Shown here: piece after piece, positions 6,775 to 10,018 of the stretch
Layout of the letters: each line of letters starts with the position of its first letter
Position numbering within the stretch: the first letter of the stretch is position 1
Source: a virus
Lineage: Duplodnaviria; Heunggongvirae; Uroviricota; Caudoviricetes
IMG/VR virus record: IMGVR_UViG_2695420596_000012
DNA: 10,018 nucleotides
Direction: 5' to 3' (one strand)
The notes under the pieces: generated by a model
Database searches by the model: none
The model's input: only the letters and a program-made list of their open reading frames with translations
What the model was told of the DNA's origin: nothing
Made by a program: the position numbers and the translations under genes

Positions 6775-7099
6775 ATAGTTTAACGGCAAATAACCGTTTG
6801 TCGCAACAGCTGGTGGTCAGCGTCGCTGAACACCTGTTGTTACGGCATGAATGCAGATTACCAAATCACCTGGCTGTAAGTAACCACAGAGAACTTTACC
6901 TGACTGTGGGGGGCGAGTTGTGCAGGAACTTAACCGCTGGTTTCGTGACGGAAGAGGGCTTTATGTCCATGTTATTCGTTGGGAGCCAGAAACACAGCGC
7001 GTTATCTATCTTCGCAAAGACTACCCGCATGAGTGCTTTAGTCCTTTGTGGAAATTCAGGCGTGATTTTGTTGAGTGTGAAGGACCACCAGCATATTGA
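6771..7099 (+). other. Alternative model: ~109-aa product made from frame 0 (6771-6913) joined to the -1 frame (6914-7099) at a G6 tract; frameshifted gene, programmed -1 slip, or homopolymer sequencing error.
   Basis: Heptamer G GGG GGC (6908-6914) is in X XXY YYZ register for frame 0. The -1 frame opens at 6884 and translates to a protein-like sequence (RVVQELNRWFRDGRGLYVHVIRWEPETQRVIYLRKDYPHECFSPLWKFRRDFVECEGPPAY) ending TGA 7097-7099. Confidence 0.3.
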
Positions 7100-7931
7100 T
7101 TCTGCAATTCCGGGACGTTACACTGCTCAGGCACCTTATAAAGCGGGTGCCGGGATTGGCGTCCTGAAATTGTCAACGGCGATGTATGACGCGCCAGCGT
7201 CTTTTTTATCGTCCGCATTTGCTCACATCCAGATTATGGTGGGCTGGGCGGGGGCACCGAAAGGTGCGCCGGTCTCCGTTGACGCCGGTTACGCCAACCC
7301 CGTCCAGTTCACCACCAGTGAAATTGGCGTTTCCGGTGGTGGAAGTTTTTCACTGTCAACGGAGGCTGCCATCATGGCTACGATCCCAGCCCTCACCCAA
7401 CCTGAAATCACCATTGACAACGGCCAGGCCGTTACCACTTCTTTGGCTGTTGCCAACTTCTTCTCCAAGCGTCACGACGATGTGCTGAAAAAGATCCGCA
7501 CTCTGGATTGTTCCCCAGAGTTTTGTGCCCGCAATTTTGCGGAGACATCGATTTCGGTAAATCAACCGAACGGTGGTACACGCAAGCTCCCTTGCTATCA
7601 AATCACACGAGACGGTTTTGCGTTTCTTGCTATGGGTTTCACGGGTAAACGTGCTGCCCGGTTCAAAGAGGCATACATAAATGCCTTTAACCAGATGGAG
7701 AAACAGCTTTCAAAGCCCGCTGTACCGAGCGACGTTGCACATAACGCCAGCGTTCTCTGTTCCTACATTTCATCAATTCATCAGGTCTGGCTGCAGCAGC
7801 TTTATCCTATGTTGGCAAAAGCCGAATCTCCGCTGGCTGTTAGCTTATATGACTATATTAATGATGCTTCGGCGCTGGCCAGTCTCATAAATTTGTCGCT
7901 GAACCCTTCAGAGGTAAGGGGGCGCAAATGA
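6771..7931 (+). CDS. Long ORF (386 aa) whose C-terminal half is a Rha-family phage regulatory (antirepressor-like) domain; N-terminal ~200 codons are of doubtful structure, and the Rha core probably starts at ATG 7374.
   Basis: Residues from AVTTSLAVANFFSKRHDDVLKKIR to YQITRDGFAFLAMGFTGKRAARFKEAYINAFNQME match the Rha-domain signature from memory. Internal ATG 7374 is preceded by GGAGG (7361-7365). ATG 6771 is coupled to the upstream stop. Frame 0 has no stop between 6771 and 7931. Confidence 0.45.
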   Translation: MNSLTANNRLSQQLVVSVAEHLLLRHECRLPNHLAVSNHRELYLTVGGELCRNLTAGFVTEEGFMSMLFVGSQKHSALSIFAKTTRMSALVLCGNSGVILLSVKDHQHIDSAIPGRYTAQAPYKAGAGIGVLKLSTAMYDAPASFLSSAFAHIQIMVGWAGAPKGAPVSVDAGYANPVQFTTSEIGVSGGGSFSLSTEAAIMATIPALTQPEITIDNGQAVTTSLAVANFFSKRHDDVLKKIRTLDCSPEFCARNFAETSISVNQPNGGTRKLPCYQITRDGFAFLAMGFTGKRAARFKEAYINAFNQMEKQLSKPAVPSDVAHNASVLCSYISSIHQVWLQQLYPMLAKAESPLAVSLYDYINDASALASLINLSLNPSEVRGRK

Positions 7932-8152
7932 TCCGGAATATTTTCAAACGGTTTACCAATCATACTTTCCGTTGTCCTCGTCCGGGTCAGTGGTACACCA
8001 CGCCTGCTGGGCATGTTCTACGTGTTAGCCTGGTTGACCGTGAATGTCAGAAGGTGGTTTGTGAACCGCTGGGCCGTAATTACCGCGTCAGTATGCCGCT
8101 TATAGCCTTTTGCTCCGGAAAAATGTTTAAGCGTCTGGGAGGTGTGGCGTGA
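7928..8152 (+). CDS. Hypothetical small protein, 74 aa, with four Cys (possible small metal-binding fold).
   Basis: ATG 7928 overlaps the upstream stop (ATGA). Cys at CPRPG, RECQKVVC and AFCSG. Confidence 0.45.
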   Translation: MIRNIFKRFTNHTFRCPRPGQWYTTPAGHVLRVSLVDRECQKVVCEPLGRNYRVSMPLIAFCSGKMFKRLGGVA

Positions 8153-8290
8153 ACTGTTTTCAGTTTGTGTGCGGATGTGCTTTCGATAACCCGATTCAGC
8201 GCCTGATTATGTTGCGTGTTTTGATGTCGGGTTCCGGACTACAGCCCACTCCATATCTGATTTAATACACTATCCCGGCCGGGAGGAATA

Positions 8291-10018
8291 ATGACATTTA
8301 AACATTATGATGTTGTCAGGGCGGCGTCGCCGTCAGACCTTGCGGAAAAGCTGACACACAAACTGAAAGAGGGCTGGCAGCCGTTTGGTAGTCCGGTGGC
8401 CATAACCCCTTATACCCTGATGCAGGCGATTACAGCAGAAGGTGATGTGGTGGTCAGTGGTGCAACTGAGCCGGATTGGTACTACGTCATCGTACTGGCC
8501 GGGCAGTCCAATGCCATGGCTTACGGTGAAGGGCTTCCGCTGCCGGATTCATACGATGCTCCGGATCCGCGCATTAAACAGCTGGCGCGCCGCAGTACAG
8601 TTACGCCGGGTGGGGCTGCATGCAGATATAACGATATTATTCCGGCCGACCACTGCCTGCATGATGTGCAGGATATGAGTACGCTGAATCATCCGAAGGC
8701 AGACCTGAGCAAAGGGCAGTACGGCTGTGTCGGCCAGGGCTTACATATTGCCAAAAAACTGCTCCCGTATATCCCGAATAACGCGGGGATCCTGCTGGTA
8801 CCATGCTGTCGTGGTGGTTCGGCATTTACCCAGGGCGCGGAGGGGACATTCAGTGCGGACACGGGGGCCAGCCAGGATTCGGCGCGCTGGGGTGTGGGTA
8901 AACCGTTATATCAGGACCTGATTGCGCGCACCAAAGCTGCATTACAGAAGAACCCGAAAAATGTGTTGCTGGCGGTGTGCTGGATGCAGGGAGAGTTTGA
9001 CATGAGCGCCGCCACCCACGCACAGCAACCTGCGCTGTTTACAGCCATGCTGACACAGTTTCGTGCTGACCTCTCCGTGTTTAACGCGCAGTGCCATGGT
9101 GGCAGTGCTGCAGATGTGCCGTGGATTTGTGGTGACACGACGTATTACTGGAAAAATACCTACGGCACCCAGTACAACACCATTTACGGGGCGTACAAAA
9201 ACAGGGAGAGTGAGGGCGTTTATTTTGTGCCCTTCATGACAGACGGTAACGGCGTCAATACCGCCACTAACGCGCCGGCAGAAGATCCGGATATTCCGGC
9301 ATCAGGATATTACGGTGCGGCATCGAGAACGAATGGAAACCAGGTATCATCAAACCGCCCGACACATTTCAGTTCATGGGCGCGCAGGAGCATTATTCCG
9401 GATCGTCTGGCAACCGCTATTCTGAACGCAGCCGGGCGCACCTCAGCCTTCATCAGTGGTAAGGCACCGGAAATCAAACCCTCGCCCGGCGGCAACACGC
9501 CATCGGGTCCGTCTGCAGATACGTCCGTTCGCACAATCTCCCTGCTGCCGGCAGCCGGAGAGGCTGCTGCGCAGGGCTGGAGCATTAAGGATGGCGGAAT
9601 TCAGTTGTCAGATGGTGTATTTAAGATCACCAAGCAGAGCAATAAAACCTGGTCCCTGACGCATCCGGTGGATGACGCAATTACCCTGCTGACACAGGGC
9701 GGCAGACTGAACTGTAAGTTCCGCCTGTCAGGCGCACTGACCAACAATCAGTTCGGGCTGGGGATTTATCTGTATACGGATGCTCCCGTTCCTGATGGTG
9801 TGGCGATGACGGGTACCGGTAATCCGTTCCTGATGTCGTACTTCACTCAGACCACTGACGGCAGAGTGAATCTGATGCATCACAGGAAAGCCGGAAACAC
9901 GAAGCTGGGGGAGTTCGGCGATTACGGTAACGACTGGCAGACGCTGGAGCTGGTGTTCACCGCCGGCAGTGCCACGGTTACTCCGAAACTGAATGGAGTG
10001 GCTGGCCCGGCATTCCAG
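8291..10018 (+). CDS. Prophage-type sialate O-acetylesterase-like protein (NanS-p-like): N-terminal DUF1737, SASA/SGNH hydrolase domain, C-terminal beta-rich probable carbohydrate-binding region; 3'-truncated by window end (576 codons visible).
   Basis: Hand translation from ATG 8291 (GGAGG at 8282-8286) is open to the last base; absent from the ORF track, presumably because no stop falls in the window. Motifs VLAGQSNAMAYGEG (SGNH block I) and WMQGEFD (SASA W-QGE-D). N-terminus MTFKHYDVV...EGWQPFG resembles DUF1737. Confidence 0.8.
   Translation, partial: MTFKHYDVVRAASPSDLAEKLTHKLKEGWQPFGSPVAITPYTLMQAITAEGDVVVSGATEPDWYYVIVLAGQSNAMAYGEGLPLPDSYDAPDPRIKQLARRSTVTPGGAACRYNDIIPADHCLHDVQDMSTLNHPKADLSKGQYGCVGQGLHIAKKLLPYIPNNAGILLVPCCRGGSAFTQGAEGTFSADTGASQDSARWGVGKPLYQDLIARTKAALQKNPKNVLLAVCWMQGEFDMSAATHAQQPALFTAMLTQFRADLSVFNAQCHGGSAADVPWICGDTTYYWKNTYGTQYNTIYGAYKNRESEGVYFVPFMTDGNGVNTATNAPAEDPDIPASGYYGAASRTNGNQVSSNRPTHFSSWARRSIIPDRLATAILNAAGRTSAFISGKAPEIKPSPGGNTPSGPSADTSVRTISLLPAAGEAAAQGWSIKDGGIQLSDGVFKITKQSNKTWSLTHPVDDAITLLTQGGRLNCKFRLSGALTNNQFGLGIYLYTDAPVPDGVAMTGTGNPFLMSYFTQTTDGRVNLMHHRKAGNTKLGEFGDYGNDWQTLELVFTAGSATVTPKLNGVAGPAFQ

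Noticed and set aside
7021-7601. ORFs 7021..7218 (-), 7186..7488 (+) and 7356..7601 (-) within the long Rha ORF.
   Set aside because: Pro/Ser/Arg-rich translations typical of off-frame reading of GC-rich coding DNA; no RBS.
8442-9659. Six short ORFs on both strands (8442..8678, 8637..8825, 8727..8921, 8911..9138, 9310..9585, 9456..9659).
   Set aside because: All lie inside the long uninterrupted frame starting at 8291 that encodes a recognisable esterase. They are out-of-frame shadows with Arg/Pro/Ser-rich translations typical of GC-rich coding DNA.
1-10018. Searched for CRISPR repeats, tRNA or rRNA genes, transposase or IS ends, and attachment-site repeats.
   Set aside because: No regularly spaced direct repeats, no cloverleaf-like conserved tRNA segments, and no transposase-like ORF or terminal inverted repeats were seen.

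Overview
This window reads as the immunity and early region of a lambdoid-type prophage, probably enterobacterial (E. coli-like), with accessory cargo at its left edge. All calls are from reading the sequence and from remembered family signatures; no searches were run.

Layout, left to right:
- 1-1202 (+): a three-gene operon. A Panacea/DUF4065-domain protein (PanA/SocA/GepA-like antitoxin domain) overlaps by 4 nt a 139-aa unknown protein, followed by a 57-aa ORF absent from the ORF track.
- 1221-1250: a strong hairpin terminator shared with the convergent minus-strand operon.
- 1250-4451 (-): the leftward early operon. It carries YfdP-like, YfdQ-like and an HD-domain YfbR/YfdR-like phosphohydrolase, then a markedly AT-rich 4-TM membrane protein, then a PrtN-family-like small DNA-binding protein.
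- 4452-5173: about 0.6 kb with no convincing ORF and no recognisable N gene. It holds a boxA-like motif next to a 15-bp perfect inverted repeat, two TTGC-N7-GCAA operator-like palindromes, and the cI terminator.
- 5174-6774: CI-like repressor (HTH plus LexA-like S24 peptidase), a divergent Cro-like gene, and a CII-position gene with a GTG start.
- 6771-8152 (+): a long ORF whose C-terminal half is a Rha-family domain and whose N-terminal part is of doubtful structure (G6 tract, alternative frame), then a 74-aa ORF.
- 8291 to window end (+): a long open frame missing from the ORF track, encoding a DUF1737 plus SASA/SGNH sialate-O-acetylesterase-like protein (NanS-p-like), truncated by the window.

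The best candidates for an undescribed system are the Panacea-domain gene with its unknown coupled partner, and the AT-rich membrane-protein moron. No rRNA, tRNA, CRISPR array or transposase was seen.
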